64,000 nt of DNA from Nostoc sp. (GTDB taxonomy: Bacteria; Cyanobacteriota; Cyanobacteriia; Cyanobacteriales; Nostocaceae). The position numbers and the translations under genes are program-made. Numbering within the stretch: the stretch's first letter is position 1; each line of letters begins with the position of its first letter. The notes beneath the pieces were generated by a model. The model saw nothing but the letters and a program-made list of their open reading frames with translations, had not been told where the DNA came from and ran no database searches. Below, in pieces: positions 17,830 to 32,400 of the stretch. The stretch spans positions 32,001 to 96,000 of the forward strand of contig JBALDB010000002.1 of assembly GCA_036918135.1 (NCBI GenBank). The letters run 5' to 3'.

Positions 17830-18341
17830 TTAATTGTGCGATCGTAAGTAACGTCAAAAGTGGAGCTATTATTAACTTTTCATCTCAATCTATATATCAC
17901 AAATATAAGTAATTTATCCTAGTTAAAATACTTAATTACTAATAAGTGCAGTTGTATTTTTTACATATAATATAATTTTCTCAAGCAAAGTAACCCCTAA
18001 ATCAATTAGCAGCCTTAACCAATGCCCTAAACATTTCCTAAAGAACAAATACACGGATTACCAAAGAAATCAAGTACTTTAAGACAACAGTTAAGAAGTA
18101 GTTTTTTGAGTCAAAGGTAATGACTTTTGTTTCTCCACATCTGGTAGTCTAAATCTAGATAAAATCAAGGCTGCAAAGCAATTATCAACAATGGTTGTCT
18201 TGGTGGGTGTGTCAGGGAAAATTCCCTTTTCCAGAAGTTTTTTGGAAAAGCGATCGCCCAACGACTACTAAATGTAACGGATTGCAACTTATAATAAAAA
18301 CGGCAAAACCATTAAGAAATATTGAAGGGCAGTAAGGTTAA

Positions 18342-20697
<2,356 letters not shown>

Positions 20698-20835
20698 GGA
20701 ATTAGTCATTGGTCACTTGTACTGAGCAAACGCGAGTGCGTCTCGTAGAGAAGTATTAGTCATTTATCAATAAAAAAGGACAAATGACTATTGATTATTA
20801 CCAATAAATCTGCTAACATCATTATTCGTGACCCT

Positions 20836-20923
20836 GGAGAGGTGGCTGAGTGGTCGAAAGCGGCAGATTGCTAATCTGTTAGGGGATTATATCCCCTCGA
20901 GGGTTCGAATCCCTCCCTCTCCG
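20836..20923 (+). tRNA. trnS: tRNA-Ser(GCT), housekeeping copy
   Basis: Canonical cloverleaf with long V-arm; no CCA encoded. Confidence 0.95.
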
Positions 20924-20974
20924 TTTTTTAGGTATTGAGCCATAGCTAAAATTTAATTGCTTGCATAAAAATAC

Positions 20975-21227
20975 TAAGCTGATGCGCGCGCATAACCTAT
21001 ATAAACACTTAATAGTTGCTGACCCCTTTGGGATGACGCTCCTGTCTTGAAAAGTTCAGATCGGCGGAAGCCGCCGCTCTGACTTTTCGCTACGTCGCTA
21101 ACGCTACGCTAATACCAGTCGCTTATAGAGGAGACCCCCAAAACTGTGCCGACTCACTGTTTACTGTTGACGGTTGACAGCGATCGGTCTATTAGGTAAA
21201 CCTACGAATTTAATGCGTAACAGCTTA
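20975..21227. mobile_element. MITE-like element with internal small repeats
   Basis: TAAGCTGATGCGC...GCGTAACAGCTTA imperfect terminal inverted repeats. Confidence 0.55.
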
Positions 21228-21369
21228 CCGATAGGAGTAACCGCTTTTACTCCCTCAGAGGGATGATATGATTTATCCTTTGGAGTCTTGATAAAATCAA
21301 ACTAACTTGGAAATCTAGTTTGAATATTACTTTTAGGCTCCTAAATATTATGGGGAGTAAAAGTAACTT

Positions 21370-22638
21370 ATGCAAAGAATTAGTGCAGCTTTAACTTTGA
21401 GTATACTTAGCTTAGCAAGTGGATTTCTCTTAGGGGCTTGTGAAGCTCCTGGTGGAACTAACCCTACAGCTAGCGGATTGAAAATTGGTTCCCTCTTGCC
21501 AACAACAGGCGATTTAGCATCTATCGGACAGCAGATGGCACCTGGTGTCCCCTTGCTAGTAGAAACTGTCAACGGTTGTGGTGGTGTAAACGGTCAACCT
21601 GTTACCCTTGTTGCTGTAGACGACCAAACAGACCCGAAAGCTGGTGCTGCTGGTATGACTAAGCTAGCATCAGTAGATAAAGTTGCAGGCGTCGTTGGTT
21701 CTTTCGCTAGCAGTGTTTCCACGGCGGCCGTTTCAATTGCTGCTCAAAATCAAGTGATGCTGATTTCCCCAGGTAGCACCAGTCCTGTATTTACGGAAAA
21801 GGCACAAAAAGGTGACTTCAAAGGCTTTTGGGCACGTACAGTTCCGCCTGATAGCTACCAAGGCCCAGCTTTAGCCCAACTCGCTAGTAAAAAAGGTTTC
21901 AAGCGAGTATCTACTATCGTGATTAACAACGACTATGGTGTAGGCTTTGAGAAAGCATTTGTTCAAGCTTTTGAAAAATTGGGGGGAACCATAGTTAACA
22001 AAAACAATCCCGTCCGCTACGATCCCAAAGCAACTACCTTTGAAACTGAAGCCACTGCTGCTTTTGCTGGGAAGCCGGATGCAGTGCTTGGAGTTTTCTA
22101 CGTAGAAACAGGTAGCCTGCTACTTAAGTCAGCATATCAGCAAGGTCTGAGTAAAGGGGTACAGGTGATGCTGACAGATGGTATGAAATCAGACGAATTT
22201 CCTGGTCAAGTTGGTAAAGGTAGCGATGGTAAATACATTGTATCTGGAACTATTGGCACAGTACCCGGTTCTGATGGTAAAGCCTTAGATGCTTTCAGAA
22301 AGCTTTGGCAACAGAAGAAAGGTGGTTCACCAGGAGAATTCGCTGCCCAATCTTGGGATGCTGCTGCTTTATTAGTATTGGCGGCACAAGCTGCTAAAGA
22401 AAATACAGGCGTTGGTATAGCCAAGCATATCCGTGAAGTTGCTGATGGCCCTGGTACTGAAATTACCGATGTCTGCGAGGGACTGAAGTTGCTCAAACAA
22501 GGTCAAAAAATTAACTATCAAGGAGCCAGCGGTAATGTAGATGTCGATGCTAACGGTGATGTCGTCGGTGTTTACGATGTCTGGACAGTAGGAGACGATG
22601 GCAAAATCAAGGTAATCGATAAAGTTACCCCTAAGTAG
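21370..22638 (+). CDS. natB: Neutral/branched-chain amino acid ABC substrate-binding lipoprotein
   Basis: Lipobox LLGAC; LivJ-type motifs; position after pds-crtB as recalled for Anabaena. Confidence 0.82.
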   Translation: MQRISAALTLSILSLASGFLLGACEAPGGTNPTASGLKIGSLLPTTGDLASIGQQMAPGVPLLVETVNGCGGVNGQPVTLVAVDDQTDPKAGAAGMTKLASVDKVAGVVGSFASSVSTAAVSIAAQNQVMLISPGSTSPVFTEKAQKGDFKGFWARTVPPDSYQGPALAQLASKKGFKRVSTIVINNDYGVGFEKAFVQAFEKLGGTIVNKNNPVRYDPKATTFETEATAAFAGKPDAVLGVFYVETGSLLLKSAYQQGLSKGVQVMLTDGMKSDEFPGQVGKGSDGKYIVSGTIGTVPGSDGKALDAFRKLWQQKKGGSPGEFAAQSWDAAALLVLAAQAAKENTGVGIAKHIREVADGPGTEITDVCEGLKLLKQGQKINYQGASGNVDVDANGDVVGVYDVWTVGDDGKIKVIDKVTPK

Positions 22639-22724
22639 AAAATCAGGAATTAGGAGTTAAGAGTTATGAATTGAATATTAACTCCTAACTCTTGGAAAGA
22701 ATTGGGTTAATCGCGTCCTAACCT

Positions 22725-22798
22725 TGTACAGACGCGATTAATGAGCTAGCGCGTTGCGGGGGTTCCCCCCGTTGTAGCGACTGGCGTCGCGTCTCTAC
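22725..22798. repeat. GTAGAGACGCGATTAATCGCGTCTCTAC-type palindrome interrupted by a nested insert
   Basis: GTACAGACGCGATTAAT[...GGGGGTTCCCCC...]CGCGTCTCTAC. Confidence 0.6.
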
Positions 22799-22809
22799 TT
22801 TCTCTACTT

Positions 22810-23616
22810 TTAAAATCCACTGAAGTTGTAACCAACACCTAACAATAAGCCAACATCAGTTTGATCGAAAAATCCCGCATTTACAGACGCTGTTGCCGTA
22901 AATTGAGAACTTATAGGCAGATCGATCCCACCAGATAACAAAAAGGCAAATTGCGAATCATCACCAGTTTTCCAAGCAGCACCTACTCCTACGTAAGGTG
23001 CAATGGCTAATGGTTCGCTAAAAGCATCTGCTGACTTGAAGGAAAAATCATAGGTGACGGGAAGCAAAATTGTGGTGTTGTCCCCAAATATAGCGGATGG
23101 GCGGACTGAGATAGCATTCGTTAAGCCGACTTTGCTGATTACTGCAAAGTTGCCATCGCCTAAAGATGAGTCATCCCCACTCAAACCAATATTGCCAGCA
23201 ACCCCAACATAGCTGCTACCGCCACGAGTAGTTGTACCTAAATTGATATCTGATTGCGCCACTTTGGGAGCAGACGGTTGAGAATTTGGTTGGTCAGGCT
23301 CAGAAGTAAGCTTTGCAGATGAGGTTGCCACTGTCCCTGGAATGGGTGTAAGCGTTTCCTCGATCGCCGCATTCGGTAACTGCTGTATTTTTGTTACATT
23401 TGCTACTGTAGATGGTTCAGTTATTTCTCTAGTCTCTAATTCAGTACTAAATTCGTTGCCAGACGCTACGGTTGCCTGAGGCTCAGTTAATGGCTGAGTG
23501 CTTACTGTATCTACTGTCTGGGCAATCGCAGATAAGCTGCTACTCAGGACTGTAACAGCAGCTATAGTTGGTAACCAAAAAACACCTTTACGAAGAAAAG
23601 TAGTATTCACGTTCAC
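22810..23616 (-). CDS. Secreted protein with a C-terminal outer-membrane beta-barrel
   Basis: Signal peptide, low-complexity linker, APYVGVG and GVGYNF strands. Confidence 0.75.
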   Translation of the reverse strand: MNVNTTFLRKGVFWLPTIAAVTVLSSSLSAIAQTVDTVSTQPLTEPQATVASGNEFSTELETREITEPSTVANVTKIQQLPNAAIEETLTPIPGTVATSSAKLTSEPDQPNSQPSAPKVAQSDINLGTTTRGGSSYVGVAGNIGLSGDDSSLGDGNFAVISKVGLTNAISVRPSAIFGDNTTILLPVTYDFSFKSADAFSEPLAIAPYVGVGAAWKTGDDSQFAFLLSGGIDLPISSQFTATASVNAGFFDQTDVGLLLGVGYNFSGF

Positions 23617-24302
23617 TCCTAAAACACTATTGCCACGAAAAATAAAAGGTTTTGTTGATTTAAGTCAACAAATTCGAGCAATACTCAAAATTTAACATCA
23701 AAAAATCGGTTTTTACATCTTGGTTTGGAGCGATTTATTTACTTAACAACGAGTAGCAAAAAATTAAATTTTCTCTCTTAAATATCCGAAATTTAACAGA
23801 TGACAAAAATTTTTCTCACTTTAGTCACTATGAGATTTTTTGTGCTTAAGAGCAAGGCGTCTATTTGATAGAGAAAGCAATCAGTAAATTATCTAAAAGT
23901 TAGCGTTTGCAAACATTGAGCGCTCTTTTGTCTTTCTATTCAATGATTGAGCAAGTTAGTGTTTTTGGCGTAACTCTAACTCTTACTGTAATGCAGTTTC
24001 TTCTAGTGTTGAGACTTAACATAAAAACTCTAAACATTCAACAATCAGCTATCAATTATCACTTATCAGTTATCGCAGAGGTTTTACTGCACCACAACTA
24101 TTCTGTAGCTCATTTGAGTTAAACCTTAATTTATAACTCAGACTTTAGATAACTGTTGACTAATTCGCTTTCATAATTTGCTTTATGTAATAAAAAAATA
24201 AAATATGAAGTTATATTACAATCCTTGCAAAAATATTTAGAAATTGTCTAGAAGCCAAACATGGTTCTAAGGTAGAACCTATAGGAGAGACTTGAGGCAA
24301 AT

Positions 24303-24623
24303 GTGATGAGCGGAAATAATATTCAAAGCTATCGGTATGTCTGTACCCTGACCTTTGGTGATATCTACGGTCAAATAATTGTTTGGTTAATTACAATTAC
24401 CCTAAGTTTGGCGTCAGCCTTGGCACTAATGGGTGCTAAAAAACCGGTGTACGCTTTAGCAACAGTAGGTCTTGTTGTTCTGCTATCGCTGCCTTTCTTG
24501 CTGTTTGCGTTTGTGACTACATTGTTAAATCATATCGAAATGGTTCCTGTAGAACCTGGAACCAAAATGGAACCGATTCCAGGTAATGTGTCTCAGCAAC
24601 AACCTGTACAAGCAACTAGCTAA
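24303..24623 (+). CDS. Small two-TM hypothetical protein
   Basis: AGGAGA/GAGG upstream, two TM helices, followed by a terminator. Confidence 0.75.
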   Translation: MMSGNNIQSYRYVCTLTFGDIYGQIIVWLITITLSLASALALMGAKKPVYALATVGLVVLLSLPFLLFAFVTTLLNHIEMVPVEPGTKMEPIPGNVSQQQPVQATS

Positions 24624-24723
24624 GGAGTTAAGAGTTATGAGTGAAGAGTTATAAGTCAATCCATCTGCCCTCTAACTCTTCATTTTTAACTTTTCACTCC
24701 TAAACTCAAAATTTGTAATCACA

Positions 24724-24751
24724 TCCCTGTCTACAGACAGGGAATTTTTTT
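24724..24751 (+). terminator. Intrinsic terminator
   Basis: TCCCTGTCT-AC-AGACAGGGA hairpin followed by a T tract. Confidence 0.7.
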
Positions 24752-24859
24752 ATACAGACGCACGGTTATTACCGAAAGTGGTGTAGTTCAATCAATTGAA
24801 AAACGCTTTCATCAGGTTTCTACAATAGAACAGCAGTGGTTTGCAGTCAGGGACTAATT

Positions 24860-26587
24860 ATGCTGGAACACGATGTGATTATTGTCGGGGGTGGATTAGC
24901 AGGATGTCGTGCTGCTGTGGAAATTGCTCGCACCGATCCTAGTTTAAATATCGCTGTGGTTGCCAAAACCCACCCAATTCGTTCCCACTCAGTCGCAGCT
25001 CAAGGTGGTATGGCTGCGTCGCTGAAAAATGTAGATTCGGAAGATAGCTGGGAGGCACACGCTTTTGATACTGTCAAGGGTTCTGACTATTTAGCAGATC
25101 AAGATGCTGTGGCAATTCTCGCCCAAGAAGCGCCAGATGTGGTGATTGACTTGGAACACATGGGCGTTTTGTTCTCTCGTTTACCCGATGGTCGCATTGC
25201 CCAACGGGCTTTCGGCGGACATTCCCACAACCGCACTTGCTACGCCGCAGACAAAACTGGTCACGCAATTTTGCATGAATTGGTTAATAACCTGCGGCGT
25301 TACGGGGTGCAAGTTTATCAAGAGTGGTACGTAATGCGTCTGATTCTGGAAGAGGAGCAGGCCAAGGGTGTGGTGATGTTCCATTTGTTGGATGGGCATG
25401 TTGAGATTGTGCGGGCAAAAGCTGTAATGTTTGCTACAGGTGGCTATGGTCGCGTTTATAACACTACCTCCAATGATTACGCTTCTTGCGGTGATGGTTT
25501 GGCAATGACTGCGATCGCCGGTTTGCCCCTAGAGGATATGGAATTTGTACAATTTCATCCCACAGGGTTATATCCAGTAGGGGTACTGATTTCAGAAGCA
25601 GTGCGGGGGGAAGGGGCATATCTAATTAATAGTGAAGGCGATCGCTTTATGGCGAATTACGCACCCAGTCGCATGGAACTGGCTCCTCGTGATATTACCT
25701 CACGGGCGATCGCTTATGAAATTCGTGCTGGTCGTGGTATTCATGCTGATGGTAGCGCTGGTGGCCCCTTTGTCTATTTAGATCTGCGACACATGGGCAA
25801 AGAAAAAATTATGAGTCGCGTTCCCTTCTGCTGGGAAGAAGCCCATCGACTAGTGGGTGTTGACGCTGTAACTCAACCGATGCCAGTCCGCCCAACAATT
25901 CACTATTGTATGGGTGGTATCCCAGTGAACACCGATGGTCAAGTCCGCAGTAGTGGTGATGGTTTAGTTGAGGCTTTCTTTGCCGCTGGAGAAACAGCTT
26001 GTGTTTCTGTACATGGGGCGAATCGCTTAGGTAGTAATTCTTTACTGGAATGTGTTGTTTATGGCAAGAGGACTGGGGCAGCGATCGCTAAATTTGTGCA
26101 AAAACGTAAATTGCCCTCTGTGGATGAGCAACGCTATTTAAAAGAAGCCCAGCAACAAATTCAAGCTTTGCTAGAACAACCAGGACAGTATCGCATTAAT
26201 CAAGTTCGTGAAGCTTTCCAAGATTGTATGACTGAGTTTTGTGGTGTTTTCCGTACTGAGGCATTAATGAGTGAAGGGTTACAGAAACTAGAAGAAATTC
26301 AACAGCAGTATCCGCAAATTTATTTAGATGACAAAGGCAGTTGCTGGAATACAGAACTTGTGGAAGCCTTGGAATTGAGAAGTTTAATGGTAGTAGGGCA
26401 GACTATTTTAGCATCAGCCCTAAATCGCCAAGAAAGCCGTGGCGCTCATTTCCGCGAAGATTATTCTCAAAGAGATGATGCTAACTTTCTCAAACATACA
26501 ATGGCTTACTATTCACCAGCGGGAATTGATATACAATATCGACCTGTAGCGATTACTATGTTTGAGCCAAAAGAGCGGAAGTATTAG
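24860..26587 (+). CDS. sdhA: Succinate dehydrogenase/fumarate reductase flavoprotein
   Basis: [16 protein letters not shown] (covalent FAD His), [14 protein letters not shown] at 24860 chosen. Confidence 0.95.
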   Translation: MLEHDVIIVGGGLAGCRAAVEIARTDPSLNIAVVAKTHPIRSHSVAAQGGMAASLKNVDSEDSWEAHAFDTVKGSDYLADQDAVAILAQEAPDVVIDLEHMGVLFSRLPDGRIAQRAFGGHSHNRTCYAADKTGHAILHELVNNLRRYGVQVYQEWYVMRLILEEEQAKGVVMFHLLDGHVEIVRAKAVMFATGGYGRVYNTTSNDYASCGDGLAMTAIAGLPLEDMEFVQFHPTGLYPVGVLISEAVRGEGAYLINSEGDRFMANYAPSRMELAPRDITSRAIAYEIRAGRGIHADGSAGGPFVYLDLRHMGKEKIMSRVPFCWEEAHRLVGVDAVTQPMPVRPTIHYCMGGIPVNTDGQVRSSGDGLVEAFFAAGETACVSVHGANRLGSNSLLECVVYGKRTGAAIAKFVQKRKLPSVDEQRYLKEAQQQIQALLEQPGQYRINQVREAFQDCMTEFCGVFRTEALMSEGLQKLEEIQQQYPQIYLDDKGSCWNTELVEALELRSLMVVGQTILASALNRQESRGAHFREDYSQRDDANFLKHTMAYYSPAGIDIQYRPVAITMFEPKERKY

Positions 26588-26675
26588 CAAAAAGTCAATT
26601 TATGTCAAAAATCGAGGGGACTACAAAAACTTTATCCCCCTCGATTAAGAATTATGAATATAAATAATTAAATTA

Positions 26676-26876
26676 TTAATCACAACCTAATTGTTTTTGA
26701 ATCACAGCTATTATCTTTTCTTCCCAAGCTGGATCGTTTAATTTTGTTGCACCATCATGAGGACGAGCTTTTCGTCTATCCATGTGAGCATAAAAAGCTT
26801 CTTTATTACCTCTATGACTGAGAAGGTAACTTTTTAGCTCTAGCTCGTTCATTAGTGCATAGTTTAACTTATTCGT
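26676..26876 (-). CDS. DUF6887-like small protein (ancestral start appears mutated to ACG; next ATG at 26852)
   Basis: Manual translation (T)NKLNYALMNELELKSYLLSHRGNKEAFYAHMDRR..., similar to 27143-27352; below the ORF-track cutoff. Confidence 0.6.
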   Translation of the reverse strand, partial: TNKLNYALMNELELKSYLLSHRGNKEAFYAHMDRRKARPHDGATKLNDPAWEEKIIAVIQKQLGCD

Positions 26877-26964
26877 GTTTGTATACTACCATCTGGTTAC
26901 AACAATATTTACAATACTTCTTTTACGGTATGGTGGAACTCGCTATCATAATCAATAACAGTGT

Positions 26965-27156
26965 ATGCCTAATGTAGAACAGGCTCTTACCTGCGTCAGA
27001 GTATGCCAGATGCTCTCAGATGGATATCAGCCTATCCATGTATTTCGGTACAATCAAAATACCAAGACAGTGTTTATCCTTGCTGGTGTAACTGAAAGCT
27101 TGGAAATTCTGATTTTCGCAGATGGTCAATGGAAATTTAACGATGACGAAGACTGA
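26965..27156 (+). CDS. DUF6888-like small protein
   Basis: MPNVEQALTCVRVCQMLS...IHVFRY; family recalled from memory; overlaps the partner gene. Confidence 0.65.
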   Translation: MPNVEQALTCVRVCQMLSDGYQPIHVFRYNQNTKTVFILAGVTESLEILIFADGQWKFNDDED

Positions 27157-27352
27157 CTTCACTAAAATGAGCCGTCAAGAACTAAGAGCCTATGTTTTGG
27201 CTCATCGAGAGGATGATGAGGCTATTGAGGCTTTAATTAATCGTGGAAATCCTGATAGCCCAAAATATCCATTTCCTCAAACTGAAGAAGATTTTAGAGA
27301 AATGGAAGAGATTCTTAAGAGAAAACTGAGTAACAGACCAGAAGCGGTCTAA
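27143..27352 (+). CDS. DUF6887-like small protein
   Basis: MTKTDFTKMSRQELRAYVLAHREDDEAIEAL; family recalled from memory. Confidence 0.7.
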   Translation: MTKTDFTKMSRQELRAYVLAHREDDEAIEALINRGNPDSPKYPFPQTEEDFREMEEILKRKLSNRPEAV

Positions 27353-27415
27353 AATTTCTTGGTTATAATAAAAAACTTTAATTATTAAATGTAGGGTGCG
27401 GCGCTACATCAAATT

Positions 27416-27555
27416 TACAGCGTATTGCAGGTTTATGAGGTACAAAACTGAGAATTCAAAACTCTAATTATTCTTTATCCCCCCAGCATAGCTGCCTTCT
27501 GCCTCCTGCCTCAAAATCTGTGACTTTGTACTTTATGTAAACGAAAACTGCTGTA
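27416..27555. mobile_element. MITE-like repeat, family B
   Basis: TACAGC...GCTGTA ends; inverted relative at 52560-52676. Confidence 0.7.
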
Positions 27556-27602
27556 TATTTCTTCCTTCATATACATTGAATTGGGAATTGCAAATTTGTT
27601 CT

Positions 27603-27812
27603 ATGATGCAAAACCTCAACCAAATGATAAATACTGAAATGGAGCGGTATATTTTAGAACCTAGGAATGAGGAAGAAGCATTTCGGGCTGCATTGTAAGT
27701 TTTGATGAGTCGTTGTGATTCTGCTACACAACAACCTTATCCTTTCAATCTAGATAATCCTGAGAGTGAGGTAGAAGCTCTCCTCTCAAATAAACTCAAT
27801 CAAACTCAGTGA
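27603..27812 (+). pseudogene. DUF6887-like paralog with an internal stop
   Basis: MMQNLNQMINTEMERYILEPRNEEEAFRAAL*VLMSR...PYPF...; in-frame TAA at 27696. Confidence 0.65.
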
Positions 27813-27901
27813 GAAGCGATCGCCAACCATAACATCTGGAACAATCAGATGTAGTAACTCAGTGATGTAAAATCCTGGAGATAGTAAAAGGCGATTAATA
27901 G

Positions 27902-28870
<969 letters not shown>

Positions 28871-29421
28871 CAAAATAGTAATTAGCGTTACTCTTATGCA
28901 TGATTCATGAATTCATCAATCTACTTTTTTGGGTGAATTAACATCATGTATAGGTCAACAATCGTTGAGGTGATTATTAAGTCACCTCTGAGTTTATTAA
29001 TAGCTTTATTTAACTTCTAATTTTTACTTATTCGTGTGAGCTTTAATTCTGAAATCTTCAGTGAAAGCAAAGAAGATTACATGATAAATTTTGAATAAAA
29101 AATTATTTATAACATGGTCAAATATATGCAGTAATTTATAGAAAAACCTGATTCTATTTTCGGCATAATGCTAGCTATACTACTAAGCAATATCTGGATA
29201 TTTGACTATTTTTAATCTTTATTAAATTAAACTAAATCAGCTTTATATCTAAAGTAGAAATTTAAATATATTTACTGAGGCTATTTAATTTTAAAAAAAG
29301 CAAAGCTAGGTAATTAAGCAAGCGCATCTTTGCAAGTAAGAAAAATAGCGATCGCGGTCGGGCGTCAACCAACGCCTGATTTCGTTTGCGATCTCAATCT
29401 AAAGGTTTAAGAAAAACGTTT

Positions 29422-32400
29422 ATGCCGACAGAAGAAGCATTGATTAACCTCGTAAAAGATATCAATATCAACGGAGCTTCCTCAAGTCCACACAATCTGA
29501 CGAATGTCAATGGCACGCTGTACTTCAGTGCCACCGACAGAAGTGGGGGCATTGAACTATGGAAGAGTGATGGTACCCAGGCTGGCACCGTCAGCGTCAA
29601 GGATATCTTCTCCGGTACAGGTAGCTCTAGCCCAGCATATCTGACGAATGTCAACGGTACGCTGTACTTCAATGCCACCGACAGCAGTGGGGGCACTGAA
29701 CTATGGAAGAGTGATGGCACCGAGGCTGGTACTATCCGCGTCAAGGATATCCTATCTGGTAAGGGTGACTCTAAGCCGAAAAATTTGACGAATGTTAACG
29801 GCACGCTGTACTTCGTTGCTTCTGACAGCAGTGGTGGCTATGAACTATGGAAGAGTGATGGCACCGAGGCTGGTACCGTCCGTGTCAAGGATATCTTTTC
29901 TGGCATACTTGGCTCTGACCCACAAAATTTAACGAATGTCAACGGCACGCTGTACTTCAGTGCCACCGACAACAGTGGGGGCACTGAACTGTGGAAAAGT
30001 GATGGCACCGAAGCTGGTACTGTCCGGGTCAAGGATATCGTCTCCGGTACAGGTAGTTCTAACCCAGCATCTCTGACGAATGTCAACAACACGCTGTATT
30101 TCGTTGCTTCTGACAGCAGTGTGGACACTGAACTATGGAAAAGTAATGGTACTCAGGCTGGCACTGTCCGAGTCAAGGATATCTTTTCTGGTGCAGGTAG
30201 TTCTAACCCAGTATCTCTGACGAATATCAACGGTATGCTCTACTTCGTTGCTTCTGATAGCAGTGGGGGTACTGAACTGTGGAAGAGTAATGGCACTGAG
30301 GCTGGTACTGTCCGCGTCAAGGATATCGTCTCTGGTACGGGTAGCTCCTCACCGCAAAATCTGACAAATATTAACGGTACGCTGTACTTCACTGCCACTG
30401 ACAGCAGTGGGGGTCGGGAATTGTGGAAGAGTGATGGCACTGAGGCTGGTACTGTCCGCATCAAGGATATTTTCTCTGGTACGGGTAGCTCTTACCCGGA
30501 ATATCTAACGAATGTCAACGGTATGCTGTACTTCAGAGTCATCGACAGCAGTGGTGGTTATGAACTATGGAAGAGTGATGGCACCGAGGCTGGTACTGTC
30601 CGCGTTAAGGATATGTCCTCTAGTCCAGCTGGCTCTAACCTGGCATTGGCATATCTAACAAATGTCAACGGCACGCTGTACTTCAGTGCCACCGACAGCA
30701 TTGAGGACTATGAGTTGTGGAAAAGTGATGGCACCGAGGCTGGTACTGTTCGCGTCAAAGATATCTTCTCTGGTACGGGTAGCTCTAACCCGATATATCT
30801 AACAAATGTCAACGATACATTATATTTTAGAGCCACCGACAGCAGTGGTGGCACTGAACTGTGGAAGAGTGATGGCACTGAGGCTGGTACTGTCCGCGTC
30901 AAGGATATCTTCTCCGGTACGGGTAGCTCGCTACCGCAAAATCTGACGAATGTCAACGGTATCCTATACTTTGTTGCCTCCGACATCAGTGGTGGCTATG
31001 AACTGTGGAAGAGTGATGGCACCGAGGCTGGTACCATCCGCGTCAAAGATATCTTCTCTGGCACGGGTAACTCCAACCCAGCGTATCTGACGAATGTCAA
31101 TGGCACGCTATATTTTGCTGCTAACGACAGCATTGGTGGCACTGAACTGTGGAAAAGTGATGGCACCGAGGCTGGCACTGTCCGTGTCAAAGATATTGTT
31201 CCTGGCACGAATAGCTCTAACCTGGCATATCTAACGAATGTCAACGGCACGCTGTATTTCAGAGCCTCCGACAACAGTGGGGGCATTGAACTGTGGAAGA
31301 GTGATGGCACCGAGGCTGGTACCGTCCGCGTCAAGGATATCTTCTCTGGTACAAATAGCTCATTACCGCAAAATCTGACAAATATTAACGGTACGCTGTA
31401 CTTCACTGCCACTGACAGCAGTGGGGGGACTGAACTGTGGAAGAGTTATGGTACCGAGGCTGGCACTGTCCGCGTTAAGGATATCTTCTCTGGTACGGGT
31501 AACTCTGACCCACAAAATCTAACGAATGTCAACGGTTTATTGTACTTCAGTGCCATCGACAGTAGTGGGGGACGGGAATTGTGGAAAAGTAATGGCACTG
31601 AGGCTGGTACCGTCCGCGTCAAGGATATAGTCTCTGGTACGGGTAACTCTGACCCACAAAATCTGACGAATGTCAACGGCACACTGTACTTCACTGCCAC
31701 CGACAGCAGTGGGGGGACTGAACTGTGGAAGAGTGATGGCACCGAGGTTGGTACTGTCCGCGTCAAGGATATTTTCTCTGGTACGGGTAATTCTGATCCA
31801 CAAAATCTGACGAATATCAACGGCACGCTGTACTTCACTGCCACCGACGGCAGTGGGGGGACTGAACTGTGGAAAAGTGATGGCACCGAGGCTGGTACAG
31901 TCCGTGTCAAGGATATCTATCCTGGCTTACCTGGCTCTAATCCCAACAACCTAACTTACGTTAATGGCAAACTCTACTTTTTTGCTGACAATGGTAATAC
32001 TGGGCAAGAACTTTTCCAGCTTGACCTGAACAGTGCCCCCACTGACTTGAGCCTGTGTGCCACTAGTGTTAACGAGAATGTTCCTGCCAACACAGTAATT
32101 GGCAACATAAGCACTGTCGATCCCGATGCAAACAACACCCACACCTACACCCTAGTTTTGGGTGCGGGCGACACAGATAACAGCGCCTTCACGATTGTGG
32201 GTAACGAGTTACGGATTAATAGTTCACCAGATTACGAAACCAAAAATAGCTACAACATTCGTTTACGCACCACAGACCAAGGCGGCTTATTCTACGAGAA
32301 AGAAATTGCGATCGCAGTCAATGATATTAATGATGCCCCACCAGTCGCGAATATTGCTAATGGCACTTCACGTGGAAATAACCTAACTGGTACGGAGAAC

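Noticed and set aside
20836..21227. tRNA-Ser as an integration site for an island
   Set aside because: No integrase and no duplicated tRNA 3' end found; only a MITE follows.
27832..27851. ACATCTG-N-CAGATGT palindrome upstream of por
   Set aside because: Single short palindrome that cannot be assigned to a regulator from sequence alone.
29348..29396. Hairpin between HIP1-like sites upstream of the ELWxxDGT gene, as a possible riboswitch
   Set aside because: Only a single short stem; no recognisable riboswitch consensus.
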